From positions 2,176,001 to 2,240,000 of the forward strand of contig OY760937.1 in assembly GCA_963664225.1 (NCBI GenBank): a stretch of DNA of 64,000 bases, given 5' to 3'. Source of the DNA: Verrucomicrobiia bacterium (lineage in GTDB: Bacteria > Verrucomicrobiota > Verrucomicrobiia > Limisphaerales > UBA1319). Below the pieces are notes generated by a model. That model was not told where the DNA came from, searched no databases, and saw nothing but the letters and a program-made list of their open reading frames with translations. The position numbers were made by a program, and so were the translations under genes. Below, piece after piece: positions 19,596-29,069 of the stretch (position 1 is its first letter; every line of letters begins with the position of its first letter).

Positions 19596-20228
19596 TCAAA
19601 TCAATCCCCGGCGCCGCGCAATGTCCGCCGCTTCGGTGCGGTTCTGGGCCTGGAGTTTGCCGAGGATATTCGACACATGGTTTTTGACCGTGCCCTCGGC
19701 GATGTGCAGTTTGTCGGCGATTTCCTTGTTTGGAATTCCCTGCGCCAGCATGACGAGGACCTCCCGCTCCCGGTCGGAGAGCGGCTCAATCAAACCGCCT
19801 TCGGGCCTCAACGCCGCACGGAGGGTACGCGACGCAATTTCGGGCTGGATGAACACCTCGCCGGCATGCACGCAGCGAATCGTTTCCACCAGTTTCCTGG
19901 CTGGAACATCCTTCAACAGATAACCCACCGCGCCCGCCCGCACGCCGTCGAAGACGTAATCGTCACGGTCGAAGGTGGTCAGGATGATGACCCGGGCCTG
20001 CGGCCATGCGCGGCAAATGGCCGCCGTGGCTTCCACACCGTTCATCTGCGGCATCTGAACGTCCATGAGGATGATGTCCGGGTGCAATTGCAGGGCCAGC
20101 TTCACGGCGGATTTGCCGTCCTCGGCCTCTCCGGCCACTTCGAAGCCGGCCTCCAGCTCAAGGATGGTTTTCAATCCCTGCCGCATGAGGGTCTGGTCTT
20201 CCGCGATCAATATTCGGATCGGTTTCAT
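19596..20228 (-). CDS. NarL/LuxR-family response regulator
   Basis: IAEDQ, ILMDVQMP, LTTFD, GYLLKD, LSDREREVL, TVKNHVSNIL. Confidence 0.95.
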   Translation of the reverse strand: MKPIRILIAEDQTLMRQGLKTILELEAGFEVAGEAEDGKSAVKLALQLHPDIILMDVQMPQMNGVEATAAICRAWPQARVIILTTFDRDDYVFDGVRAGAVGYLLKDVPARKLVETIRCVHAGEVFIQPEIASRTLRAALRPEGGLIEPLSDREREVLVMLAQGIPNKEIADKLHIAEGTVKNHVSNILGKLQAQNRTEAADIARRRGLI

Positions 20229-21526
20229 CACGCGATTACGGGAATGCGTGCGGTAATGGCGGTACCTGTGGCTCCCGCCAGCGCGACCGTGAAGGTGCCG
20301 CCAAGCCCTTCCACGCGCTCGCGCAATCCGCGCAAACCATAATGCCCCGGCTTGTCTTCCGCACCCGATGGCAGGCCAATGCCATCGTCGTTTATGCGCA
20401 GCACGATTTCTTTGGTTTGCACGGCGAGATTCACTTCCACGTGGTGAGCATGGGCGTGTTTTTCGATATTCGTCAATCCTTCCTGAGCCACACGCCACAG
20501 GGCCTCGGCTACGGCGGGCGGCAGGGAGTCGGTGCATCCGGCAATCTGGCAGTCGATGTCCGCCCCGAATCGCTTGCCTGCTTTCGCACACAGGGTCTGG
20601 AGCGCTTCGGCAAGCGAACGGTCCCCCAAACCGGCGGCGCGCAGGTTGGCCAGTGACCGGCGCAGGTCCTCCATGCTGGAACGGGTAAGCATCTGCATTT
20701 CCGCCAGCATTGCCGTCACCCGCGCCGGATCGGCCGCCTGCAATCGTTGCGCCGCCTCCAGTTGCACCGTCAGCGTCACCAGCGAGTGACCGAGATTGTC
20801 GTGCAGGTCGCGGGCGAGGCGTTCCCGTTCGCGGAGTGTGGCCAGTTCGATTTCGCGATCCCGGGCCTGTTCCAGTTCGCGTTTCGTCGCCTCCAGCTCC
20901 ATGATTAGTTTTCCTCTCTCGACACTGGTGACAACCATCCGACCCACAAAAAGGACAAGCGCCGCCATGGGAATCACCTGCACCAGAAAGTCGAGCCAGG
21001 CCCCGGGTCCCCACATGGCGAGTGCGCTCCAGCCGAAACGGTTCAGGAGGTAGGCGCCCAGGATTGCAATAGTGGCAGGCACGGTGATCCTGAATCGCAG
21101 GGCGGAAATCTGCCCCACGTATGCGGCCAGTGCCCACGCAAATACAGGGTCTATCCGGCTTTCCGCCAGCACCACCGCCACGCTTGCCCCAATATACACG
21201 CCCCAACAAATCAACGCCGGCCTGTAATAGCCGTCCTGGGGCTGATGTAATCTCCCGAGAACTTCCCGAAACCATCGTGTGGCCGGCCAGCCGGCAAGGC
21301 TTGGGAGCGCAAAGAAAAACAGGTACAAAAGTCCCTGAACCACTGCCAGGAGCAGGAGCGTGATATCGGCTGACGCTGGCGGTCCCTTCAAATTGCGCAT
21401 GTGCGTATAGGACAACAGCACGAGAGCGCCCAGAAACACACCATGAAAGAACAGCAGAAACCCACGAAACTGCCGGTCAGGCAATGGAGAATGAAAATCG
21501 CCCGCTCCTGCTATTTTTGAATTCAT
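20228..21526 (-). CDS. HisKA_3 membrane sensor histidine kinase
   Basis: Multiple TMs; ERERLARDLHDNLGH, QEGLTNIEKHA, DDGIG, GLRGLRERV. Confidence 0.95.
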   Translation of the reverse strand: MNSKIAGAGDFHSPLPDRQFRGFLLFFHGVFLGALVLLSYTHMRNLKGPPASADITLLLLAVVQGLLYLFFFALPSLAGWPATRWFREVLGRLHQPQDGYYRPALICWGVYIGASVAVVLAESRIDPVFAWALAAYVGQISALRFRITVPATIAILGAYLLNRFGWSALAMWGPGAWLDFLVQVIPMAALVLFVGRMVVTSVERGKLIMELEATKRELEQARDREIELATLRERERLARDLHDNLGHSLVTLTVQLEAAQRLQAADPARVTAMLAEMQMLTRSSMEDLRRSLANLRAAGLGDRSLAEALQTLCAKAGKRFGADIDCQIAGCTDSLPPAVAEALWRVAQEGLTNIEKHAHAHHVEVNLAVQTKEIVLRINDDGIGLPSGAEDKPGHYGLRGLRERVEGLGGTFTVALAGATGTAITARIPVIA

Positions 21527-21639
21527 AAGATGTTCCGAGACGATGGTCTCATCCTGATTGAACCGGACTTTTCGTTCCAGCGATTTTTATCGGACGCACC
21601 TCGGCCGAAGAGTTTTATTCCATCACGCATCCTGAGTCG

Positions 21640-22473
21640 TCATTTGCCGGAAGGCTGCGCCAACCGCTTCGGGAGTGCCGAATCGTTCGGATAGATGGCC
21701 GCGCCCCGCTGCCACACTTGTCTGGCGTAATCGGATTTCCCGGCCTTCTGGTATTGATCGCCGAGCCAGACATAGCTCTGCGCGAATTGCGGCTGCGGCG
21801 CCTGTCCCTCCTGTTGGGTGATCAACTGCGTAAAGTTTTCAATCACCTCCTGCCCTTTGTTCAATTGCGGCGGCCAGTAGGACATGGCAACAGCCTTGGT
21901 GAAGCGCGCATCCCAGTTTGACGGATCGAGCTGCAAAGCCACGTCGAATGTCTGGTCCGCTTTCATCGCCAGAATGCCTTGCTCGCGCACGTCCTGCAGC
22001 GTTCCTGCCTTTTCAAGATAAGCCTGGCCGAGCACTGCGGAATACTCCGCCGTCTGCGGACTCCCCGCCACCCGTTGCTCAAGATCGGCAATGGCATCGG
22101 CGAGCTTGCCTGCGTCGCGCAATTGCTTCCAGGCCGCCTGCCTTTCCGGGTAGCTGGCCTGCGGTGACACCAAAGTATCCACAGCCAGTTTCACACCGAT
22201 GGCGGCGGGAGCCGTCGTGTTCACCGCCACAGCAACCGGCCTTGGTCTCGCCTGTTCCGAGGGATTACCCGCAGGCGTCCTGGTGGGTCGGGGCGGACGT
22301 TCTTTTACGATGACATCGTTTTCAGCCTGGCCGGTGCCGGTCGCCTCGATGGAGACTGCCCCGCTCACAGTTTGAGCCGGAGGTGTAACCGGACTTTTTG
22401 GGTGAATTTTATAAAATCCGACTCCGGCACTCAGTAAAACGACTGCAATGATTGCGTAAATCCATTGTTTCAT
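21640..22473 (-). CDS. Membrane-anchored TPR protein
   Basis: N-terminal TM, Pro-rich linker, TPR-like repeats (ALQLDPSNWDA, LGDQYQKAGK..AR..W.RG...YP). Confidence 0.8.
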   Translation of the reverse strand: MKQWIYAIIAVVLLSAGVGFYKIHPKSPVTPPAQTVSGAVSIEATGTGQAENDVIVKERPPRPTRTPAGNPSEQARPRPVAVAVNTTAPAAIGVKLAVDTLVSPQASYPERQAAWKQLRDAGKLADAIADLEQRVAGSPQTAEYSAVLGQAYLEKAGTLQDVREQGILAMKADQTFDVALQLDPSNWDARFTKAVAMSYWPPQLNKGQEVIENFTQLITQQEGQAPQPQFAQSYVWLGDQYQKAGKSDYARQVWQRGAAIYPNDSALPKRLAQPSGK

Positions 22474-22921
22474 AGTTTCCTTTCCATTCATTGCCGCTCA
22501 TGCGGCGCATTTGGTTTCTTGATGCGTTGGGATTTAAACCACTCGGTTCTCCCATCACATGCCGCCAGTTTGCGCCATTACGCCGTCGATCCAACAGACC
22601 CCAAAGTCACGAATTGAATAGGTCGAAGGACATGGGCGAATACCTGCCTGAAGTTACAGTTTGCATTTCGGTTTGCCGTTTTCTTCTTTTGGAGGCGAAC
22701 GTTACTGACACCATCTCTCATTTCGCTTACTCGCTCCTCTTTCGCATGATCCCGACAATCGTGGAAATCGTATGACGCTCTTGCTGTAACAGGATTTGGC
22801 GATAAGTTACCGCACGTGGAAGCAAGAAATCTCCGTGAATATTTGTCGATGGCGGAATTTCTCAACAGGACCAGAACGGCCAGTCCGCGAATCGAAAACC
22901 GCATGGAAATTCATTTATATT

Positions 22922-23470
22922 ATGCCCATCCACATGGCCATCACTCGTAATGTGCGCCCTGGCTGCGAAGCTGAATTCCAGCAGGCGCTCCGCGAATTCT
23001 TTCAGACCTCCTACGCTCACGGCGCCGTGCTGGGCGCGACCATGCTCGTGCCGTCGCCCGGCTCTGACTCGCGTGAATTCGGCATCCTGCGAACGTTTAC
23101 CAATGAAAAAGAGAAGGACGAATTTTACGCGTCGGAGATCTTTAAGGCCTGGGAGGAGCGGTGCAAACCACTGACGGACGGCGGCTGGTCGCATCGCCAG
23201 TTGCACGGGCTGGAAGCGTGGTTTCGTTCGCCCGGCGCGCCGCCCCGCTGGAAGATGGCCATGCTGACATTGCTGGGCGTCTATCCGGTCAGTCTGTTGA
23301 TCGGCATCCTCCTTTCCCCACAGTTGCGCAGGCTGCCATTGGCGCTCAATCTGTTAATCGTTTCGGCGCTGATTGTGGCCTGTCTCACATGGCTGGTGAT
23401 GCCCCGCCTGACGCGTTGGTTCAAACCCTGGCTAAGCTCCCAACCACCAAAGAATGCGGCAAAATATTAA
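22922..23470 (+). CDS. ABM (antibiotic biosynthesis monooxygenase)-like domain membrane protein
   Basis: RNVRPGCEAEF, GLEAWF...PPRWKMA, C-terminal TMs ending VMPRLTRWFKPWL. Confidence 0.85.
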   Translation: MPIHMAITRNVRPGCEAEFQQALREFFQTSYAHGAVLGATMLVPSPGSDSREFGILRTFTNEKEKDEFYASEIFKAWEERCKPLTDGGWSHRQLHGLEAWFRSPGAPPRWKMAMLTLLGVYPVSLLIGILLSPQLRRLPLALNLLIVSALIVACLTWLVMPRLTRWFKPWLSSQPPKNAAKY

Positions 23471-23607
23471 TCCGGTTCCATTTCAAACGTCCGGACCAGG
23501 TGGATCGACAGGTTGAGTAAATGGCGGAGGGTGCCCCACCCGGCGTCCGGCGTTCGTCATTGCAGCTCGGTTGATTGAGAAACCGCCGCATGCGTCGCCC
23601 CACGGAT

Positions 23608-24243
23608 CGCGACGTCCAAGGCTTCTGTATGGAGTCCCGTCTTTAGACGGCGCAGCGCTCAAAAGCGAGGGGTCATGAATATTTTTAACCCCCTCGATAA
23701 TCCGAAAACCTTCGCGAATTCCCCAAGCTCACCGTTGCTCTGTCTCCCATTCAAACAATCCCCCGCCCATCCCACCTGCTTGCGCGTCCAAACCGCAACT
23801 CGTAGCGCAGGTTTCCAACCGTATCGCAGATTTCCAATCTGCTAACCGTCTCACATTCACAGAGCGCACCACAAAAACCTCCGATCCGCGGAAGCCCTTT
23901 AAACCGAAATCCGAAATAAGAATGGTCAAGACGATGCAATGCTTTGAGTCAGCCATGATTTGCAATCGGCGAAGGTGTATTAAACCAATACTCCACAGCC
24001 GGTTTCAAACCATGGATGGCCAAATGATTGCGTCAGATGGGCCGTTCCTATTTCGGATTTCGGGTTTAATACCCCATTGAAGCCTCACCCAACCGAACGA
24101 ACCACCCACGCCATTTCGTAAAACCCACATTCTTCCTGTCTCCCATTCAAACGATTCCCTCCAGGCATCCCGGCAGGGATCGCAGACCCTTTTCCAACGA
24201 ACGCCTGCCTCCCGATCCTACAAATCGCAATCAGAAGCTCCAT
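23608..24243. repeat. Single partial unit of the mosaic REP-like repeat, interrupted by MITE copy 2
   Basis: Near-identical to about 45545-46090 and 47775-48200. Confidence 0.9.
23902..24065. mobile_element. 164-bp MITE, copy 2
   Basis: Almost identical to 12080..12243; empty-site alleles GAAGCCCTTTAATACCCC in sister repeats reveal a TTA duplication. Confidence 0.9.
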
Positions 24244-24607
24244 TCGACCGCCAACTCATCGGTTCGCGGCCACCGTGACGTTCGCGGTAGGAGGGCGTGC
24301 AGTCCTCTGTGCGCCGCCCGCCAATCCCACGCGCCCAATAACTCCATGCGCGGGAAAATTACTTCCTCTCCATCGCCAGATGGGTCGGGGTGAGGTGGCT
24401 TTTTCCCCTCTAGGCCATGCGAAATTACCTCCACGCTTGCTTTCACCACCACCATTCCCTTTTCCCATCGTGCGCATCCTGAACATCCATGTAAAATTCT
24501 GCGCCCCTCTGCGGATACCTTTTCCCCCGTGCCCATCCGCCCGGCGCCCGCCCGATTTTACATGATTTTCCTTTGAAATTAACAACCCAACACGCGATGC
24601 TCCCTCC

Positions 24608-25171
24608 ATGTTCTGGTCTAACTTTTTCAAACCCGGTTCGCACCAAACCGTGAAGTCTCCCCAACGGGCTCTTCCGCGTCGCGCGATTCTTGGCGTCGGT
24701 GTGGCACTGCTCCTTGGCCTGAGCGCCTGCGTCACGAACAAAACCGTTCCCATCACAGAAACCGTGGGACCGAAAGAGGCGGCGGGCGGATTTGCGTCCA
24801 AGGGAATGGTGGTGGTCTATTCGGAAACCGAGGACGTCAATTCCGGGAACATCATGTATCATCCCCATACCGGCTATGGCATCTTCACGCCCGAAGGCAA
24901 ACGCGTGCGCTCCGTGGTCAATCGCGTGGGCTCCACCGATCAGGAGCCGATGACCGTGGTGCTGCCCGCAGGCCAATACCTGGTCAAGGCCCGCGCTGCC
25001 GGTTACGGCCTGGTTTCAGTGCCCATCGTGGTCCTTGGCGGCAAGCGCACCATGCTCTATCTCGAGCGGGAAGGCATGCCCGACGCCTCCGAACTATCCT
25101 CCAACGCCGTGGTCCGATTTCCCGGCGGACCGCCCATCGGCTGGCGCGCAAAGGATGTTCCCAAGCCCTGA
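24608..25171 (+). CDS. Hypothetical lipoprotein
   Basis: RRAILGVGVALLLGLSAC lipobox; beta-rich domain with LPAGQYLVKA. Confidence 0.75.
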   Translation: MFWSNFFKPGSHQTVKSPQRALPRRAILGVGVALLLGLSACVTNKTVPITETVGPKEAAGGFASKGMVVVYSETEDVNSGNIMYHPHTGYGIFTPEGKRVRSVVNRVGSTDQEPMTVVLPAGQYLVKARAAGYGLVSVPIVVLGGKRTMLYLEREGMPDASELSSNAVVRFPGGPPIGWRAKDVPKP

Positions 25172-25196
25172 CCTCAAGGGGATTTGTACAAAATAA

Positions 25197-25220
25197 ACGG
25201 ACGGGATTGTTCCCGTCCGT
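25197..25220. terminator. Intrinsic terminator hairpin between convergent genes
   Basis: ACGGACGGGA-TTGT-TCCCGTCCGT, T-rich tail on the minus strand. Confidence 0.7.
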
Positions 25221-25247
25221 GCGATGGATCAGACTAAACAGACGTTC

Positions 25248-25829
25248 TTACGCCAGTTTGCGACGAAGCGTTTCCAGGCCAATCAAGCTCACGCTCAGAA
25301 GCATCAGCGCGCTGGAACCATCGGGAACCGATGTGCTCTCCCTGACGCCAAAGACCGCCACATGCGAGATGTCGGCCATGTTGTTGGCGTTATTCCAAAG
25401 ACCCTGGTTGTCCACCAGAATATCCGAGAACGTGGAGTTCCATGTGCGGGCGTCCCAGAGCGTCCAACCAGCCCGGCCATCCTTGACGTAGATCGCGGTC
25501 AGGGTCGGAGCAGGCGCGCCCCCGGTGTAATTCAAATCCACGCTTTGAAGATTCTGCAATCCAGTCGTCATGGAACTGGAGAACAGACCTGTGTTGCCTT
25601 CCTCTGCCCCGGTGGATGGAGTCCACTTGTAAAGCAAGGAACCGATTGTTGCCGTGGGATCGCCCAAGGCTGCCTGCCATGCCGCCAGCACCTCCGCATC
25701 GGTCGGGTTGGAGGCCTGAACGATGGGATTATTCGGCAGGAACGTCGGAGTGTAGTTGAGGGCGCTGGCGCTCAACGCGAACCCCAGCGTCAGTGTCGCT
25801 ATCGCTGCTGTGATGAGTTTCATATGCAT
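25248..25829 (-). CDS. VPDSG-CTERM (PEP-CTERM-type) exosortase substrate
   Basis: Signal peptide; C-terminal SVPDGSSALMLLSVSLIGLETLRRKLA. Confidence 0.9.
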   Translation of the reverse strand: MHMKLITAAIATLTLGFALSASALNYTPTFLPNNPIVQASNPTDAEVLAAWQAALGDPTATIGSLLYKWTPSTGAEEGNTGLFSSSMTTGLQNLQSVDLNYTGGAPAPTLTAIYVKDGRAGWTLWDARTWNSTFSDILVDNQGLWNNANNMADISHVAVFGVRESTSVPDGSSALMLLSVSLIGLETLRRKLA

Positions 25830-25894
25830 TTTCAGTAACCGTTCGTAACTTTTTGATGCCGTATTCCGGCACCACCTTTAATAAATCCAAGGAG

Positions 25895-25910
25895 AGCAAT
25901 TAGGATGCCG
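25895..25910 (-). promoter_or_regulatory. Sigma-54 promoter of the VPDSG-CTERM gene
   Basis: CGGCAT-CCTAA-TTGCT, 65 nt upstream of the ATG. Confidence 0.7.
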
Positions 25911-26345
25911 CAGGTTGAATTAGGTCATTGAATGAACGCGAAAGCTATGCGTTAGTACCTGCATATAAAACACTTGCGAAGTGTGTTGCGGAACGTAAAA
26001 AGTTCCCTGAGACGGGCCGAATGCCAACGCAGAATTGTAAGGAATTCCATAATTCACCAATAATAACGGTTCTTGAAACTGCTGTAATATATTCAGCACA
26101 AGTGAGTTACAATTTCCGACAACCCTATGGCGAATTGTAATGTTTTCCGACACCTCTCCCTTCAGGCCTGTAAACCATGCTCTAAACTATTGAAAACAAA
26201 CAAGATACGTAACAACGACTCTTGATAGAATTCCTGACATCCCATCGGTAACCCCCTCAATTCACTTCCGCGAAATACCGTCATAAATGCCACGAGATCA
26301 GGTTTTTGCATTAGACATCTTGATATTTTGGCGATGGTTTGTTAA

Positions 26346-27224
26346 TCACTTTTCCGTCCCCACCGCCTCCACCCATATCGCATCGTTCATGTAAGCCCGG
26401 GCGTAGGCGTAAGGCATGAAACCATCGCGGCCGCCATTATTGGTGTTCCGAAAGATCAATACCCCGCCGCCGGGTTGGCTGGCATCCTCGCGATAGCCCA
26501 CGATCAACACGCTGTGGCCGTCGAACACCCCCTCCGGAGGGCACATGCCAAGAACGTCGTCAGTCCACTGAACCTGTTTGGGCCAGCGAAAGCCGCCGCA
26601 GACCGGCCAGCCTTCTTTGAGCGTGCGTTTGATCTCCAGGAACTCCGCATCGGTCAGCCCGGTCTTCACATTCCATTCCTTGATCCAGTGGTGTCGCAGG
26701 CCGAGCGCCGATTGCGCCTTCGCTTCGGTCAATAGATCCGTTGTTGGTGCGAAGGCCGCATCGAACTTGTCACGATAGGGCAGCGATTTCTCCAGGCAGA
26801 TGCCATATTTGGCATAAGCGCTCCAGAGGTCGGAGAAGAATCCGCCGTCCTGATCCTCGCCCACGATCCGGTTCGCGCCCCAGTTCAGGAACTCCACGCT
26901 GAAACGCTCGCCCTGATGCCGTTTGCTCGCGGCGGCATACTCCAGCGCGCCCGTCATCGTAAAGACCGAACACGTCCCGCGCCCGCCCTGATTGCGCCGG
27001 GCAAGTCCCCATTCCTCGAAATGGGAACGCAAGTCCACAGTATCCGGCAGTGCCGCCGCGCCGTTCGTGGAGGCGGCATTCGTGGTGACAGGTGGATCGT
27101 CCGCCCCTGCCTGGAACGTGAAGAGGCCGGGACAAATCAGGGCGACCGCGATAAGGCGGATCGCCCGTTGAATCACCACGCGCCGCCATGCGGGGCGCAG
27201 CGAACATTGCAGGAATAGTCGCAT
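26346..27224 (-). CDS. Secreted C1 (papain-like) cysteine peptidase
   Basis: LPDTVDLR, NQGGRGTCSVF, GHSVLIVGY, IFRN. Confidence 0.85.
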   Translation of the reverse strand: MRLFLQCSLRPAWRRVVIQRAIRLIAVALICPGLFTFQAGADDPPVTTNAASTNGAAALPDTVDLRSHFEEWGLARRNQGGRGTCSVFTMTGALEYAAASKRHQGERFSVEFLNWGANRIVGEDQDGGFFSDLWSAYAKYGICLEKSLPYRDKFDAAFAPTTDLLTEAKAQSALGLRHHWIKEWNVKTGLTDAEFLEIKRTLKEGWPVCGGFRWPKQVQWTDDVLGMCPPEGVFDGHSVLIVGYREDASQPGGGVLIFRNTNNGGRDGFMPYAYARAYMNDAIWVEAVGTEK

Positions 27225-27231
27225 TTAATTC

Positions 27232-28866
27232 TCAGTTAAAGAGCTTCGGATCCTTGCGCCAGTCGTTGTCCTTGTCGAATCCATATTGCGTCACGCGCGG
27301 ACGCCGCTCCCGCAGACGAACGGACTCGATCCCGAGATAGTTGCCCGTGGATTGCGGGTTCCGGCCCACGCATTCCAGGCGCAGGGTGTATTGGCCGGGC
27401 TCGGGCCAGAAATCGAGCAGGTGCGCTTCCTCGTCAACAACCTTGGCGCTGTAGAGGTCGATCGTCTGTCCCAGTTTCACGCCATTCAGGGACGCCTGGT
27501 ATTGGCCAAAGTCAGGCGCCTTCGCCAGATTCAGCAGCAAGCGCAGGGGCTCCTTTTTCTTCACCTCAAACGGAATCTCGAGCCAGCCGCCCTTGTCCTC
27601 TTTGGGCTTGTAGAGAAGCTGGGGTCCATCGAAAAATTCGAGTGACTGGGGCGTGACCTCGCCGGGGCCATGGTAACGGCTGTCGGCAAACTCCCGCGCG
27701 TAAGCCGTGATGCGTTCCAGGCTGGGCAGCTTGCGTTCTTTGGCGTGCGGCGCGCGGGCGGTGAAGGTCGGCTGACCGGTCTGATACCAAAACGCCACGC
27801 TGGAATAATCATCCTCGCGCTCGTTCCAACTGGTTGTTTTGTGCGCGGGATTTTCATCCGGCGAAATCCAGCCGAAATGCTCGAACGTGACTTTGATCCC
27901 CTTGTTGAAAACCAGCGGATCGTTCAGGTGCCACCGGTAGGCGCTCGTGTGCCCGCCCACAATGCCCCATTGGTCGAAATACGGCACCCCCGCATACGGC
28001 GTGCTCGTGACTTTCAGGCCCCAGGCGGAGAGGAAATAATCTTCCGTGCCCGTGCCCCAGATGGACGCCTTGGCCTCGCCATCGATGTAAATCTTCTCGT
28101 CGCCCTCGCCGAACCAGGCTGGGCTCCGGGTGCGGACGGCGAGAACCGTGCCGACGTAATGGCCTTTGCCCTTGGTATCCAGAACCACGTAATCCTTGCC
28201 GTGCTCAGTGGGATACTCCTGCCTGTATTGCGCGTAGAAGTAAGGAGTGTCCTTTGCGAGCTTCTCCTTCTTGATCCAATCGACGTTGTAATAGAGCAGG
28301 CTGATCTGCTTGTCGCTCTGGTTCACGATCTCGATCCGCGCCGATTTTCGAAACGGCATCTGCCAGAAACAATTGTAGGAATCCGCGTCCTCCACCACCA
28401 CCGGCAGGCTGATCACCTCACGGCGCGCGCCAAAGCAATTCGCGAAAAAGTCGCCCAACGGAACCTCCACCGCTGGCCGGGGATTCCCGTCCCAATACAT
28501 GCGCAGCAGCATTTCCTGGTGATTCGCCGAACCTTCCTTGGCCCAGTCCTGCGGCTCCGGCCCCAGGAACGTGATCCAGATGTGCGTGATCACTCCGGGC
28601 CCTTTCTCATCCAGCAGCACATGCGTCTTTCCGGGCGCCACGCGGTAATTGTCCCAGTTGCTTTGCTCATCGAGATCGCCGCGCGGCTCGGCCTTGGGAT
28701 CGAGCTTTTGTTCGCCCCCGCGCCGCGTCTCGCCCACACGCATGGTTGAGGAAGTGCGCATCGAGCGGCCCTCCTGGGGTTTGGCCAGATCGTCCAGCAG
28801 GCCCGCGCGCGCCGTCGTGGCGCAAATCATTCCCAGGGCCAATGCGAATAGGAGATTTCGTTTCAT
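27232..28866 (-). CDS. DUF2961 / GH172 glycoside hydrolase, secreted
   Basis: GPGVITHIWIT, LRMYWDG, PLGDFF, WFGEGDEKIYIDGE, GTGTEDYF. Confidence 0.92.
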   Translation of the reverse strand: MKRNLLFALALGMICATTARAGLLDDLAKPQEGRSMRTSSTMRVGETRRGGEQKLDPKAEPRGDLDEQSNWDNYRVAPGKTHVLLDEKGPGVITHIWITFLGPEPQDWAKEGSANHQEMLLRMYWDGNPRPAVEVPLGDFFANCFGARREVISLPVVVEDADSYNCFWQMPFRKSARIEIVNQSDKQISLLYYNVDWIKKEKLAKDTPYFYAQYRQEYPTEHGKDYVVLDTKGKGHYVGTVLAVRTRSPAWFGEGDEKIYIDGEAKASIWGTGTEDYFLSAWGLKVTSTPYAGVPYFDQWGIVGGHTSAYRWHLNDPLVFNKGIKVTFEHFGWISPDENPAHKTTSWNEREDDYSSVAFWYQTGQPTFTARAPHAKERKLPSLERITAYAREFADSRYHGPGEVTPQSLEFFDGPQLLYKPKEDKGGWLEIPFEVKKKEPLRLLLNLAKAPDFGQYQASLNGVKLGQTIDLYSAKVVDEEAHLLDFWPEPGQYTLRLECVGRNPQSTGNYLGIESVRLRERRPRVTQYGFDKDNDWRKDPKLFN

Positions 28867-29069
28867 AAAGTTCGAAGGATATCTTTCGATACAACGCCCG
28901 CATTATATATCGAGGCATGCATTAATCTCAGCCCTTTGCGCGTGTCGTATGGTTTGAACGTGGTCATGGCAACAATATGTGGACCCTCCGATTCTGCGCT
29001 TCATAAACCGCGTTGGCAATGTGGGAAATGACTTTGACAACGGCCGAATCCGTAGCCAACACTCCCCGC

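Noticed and set aside
20229..21275. Long N-terminal extension of the response regulator
   Set aside because: Off-frame overlap with the kinase; the receiver domain starts at ATG 20228.
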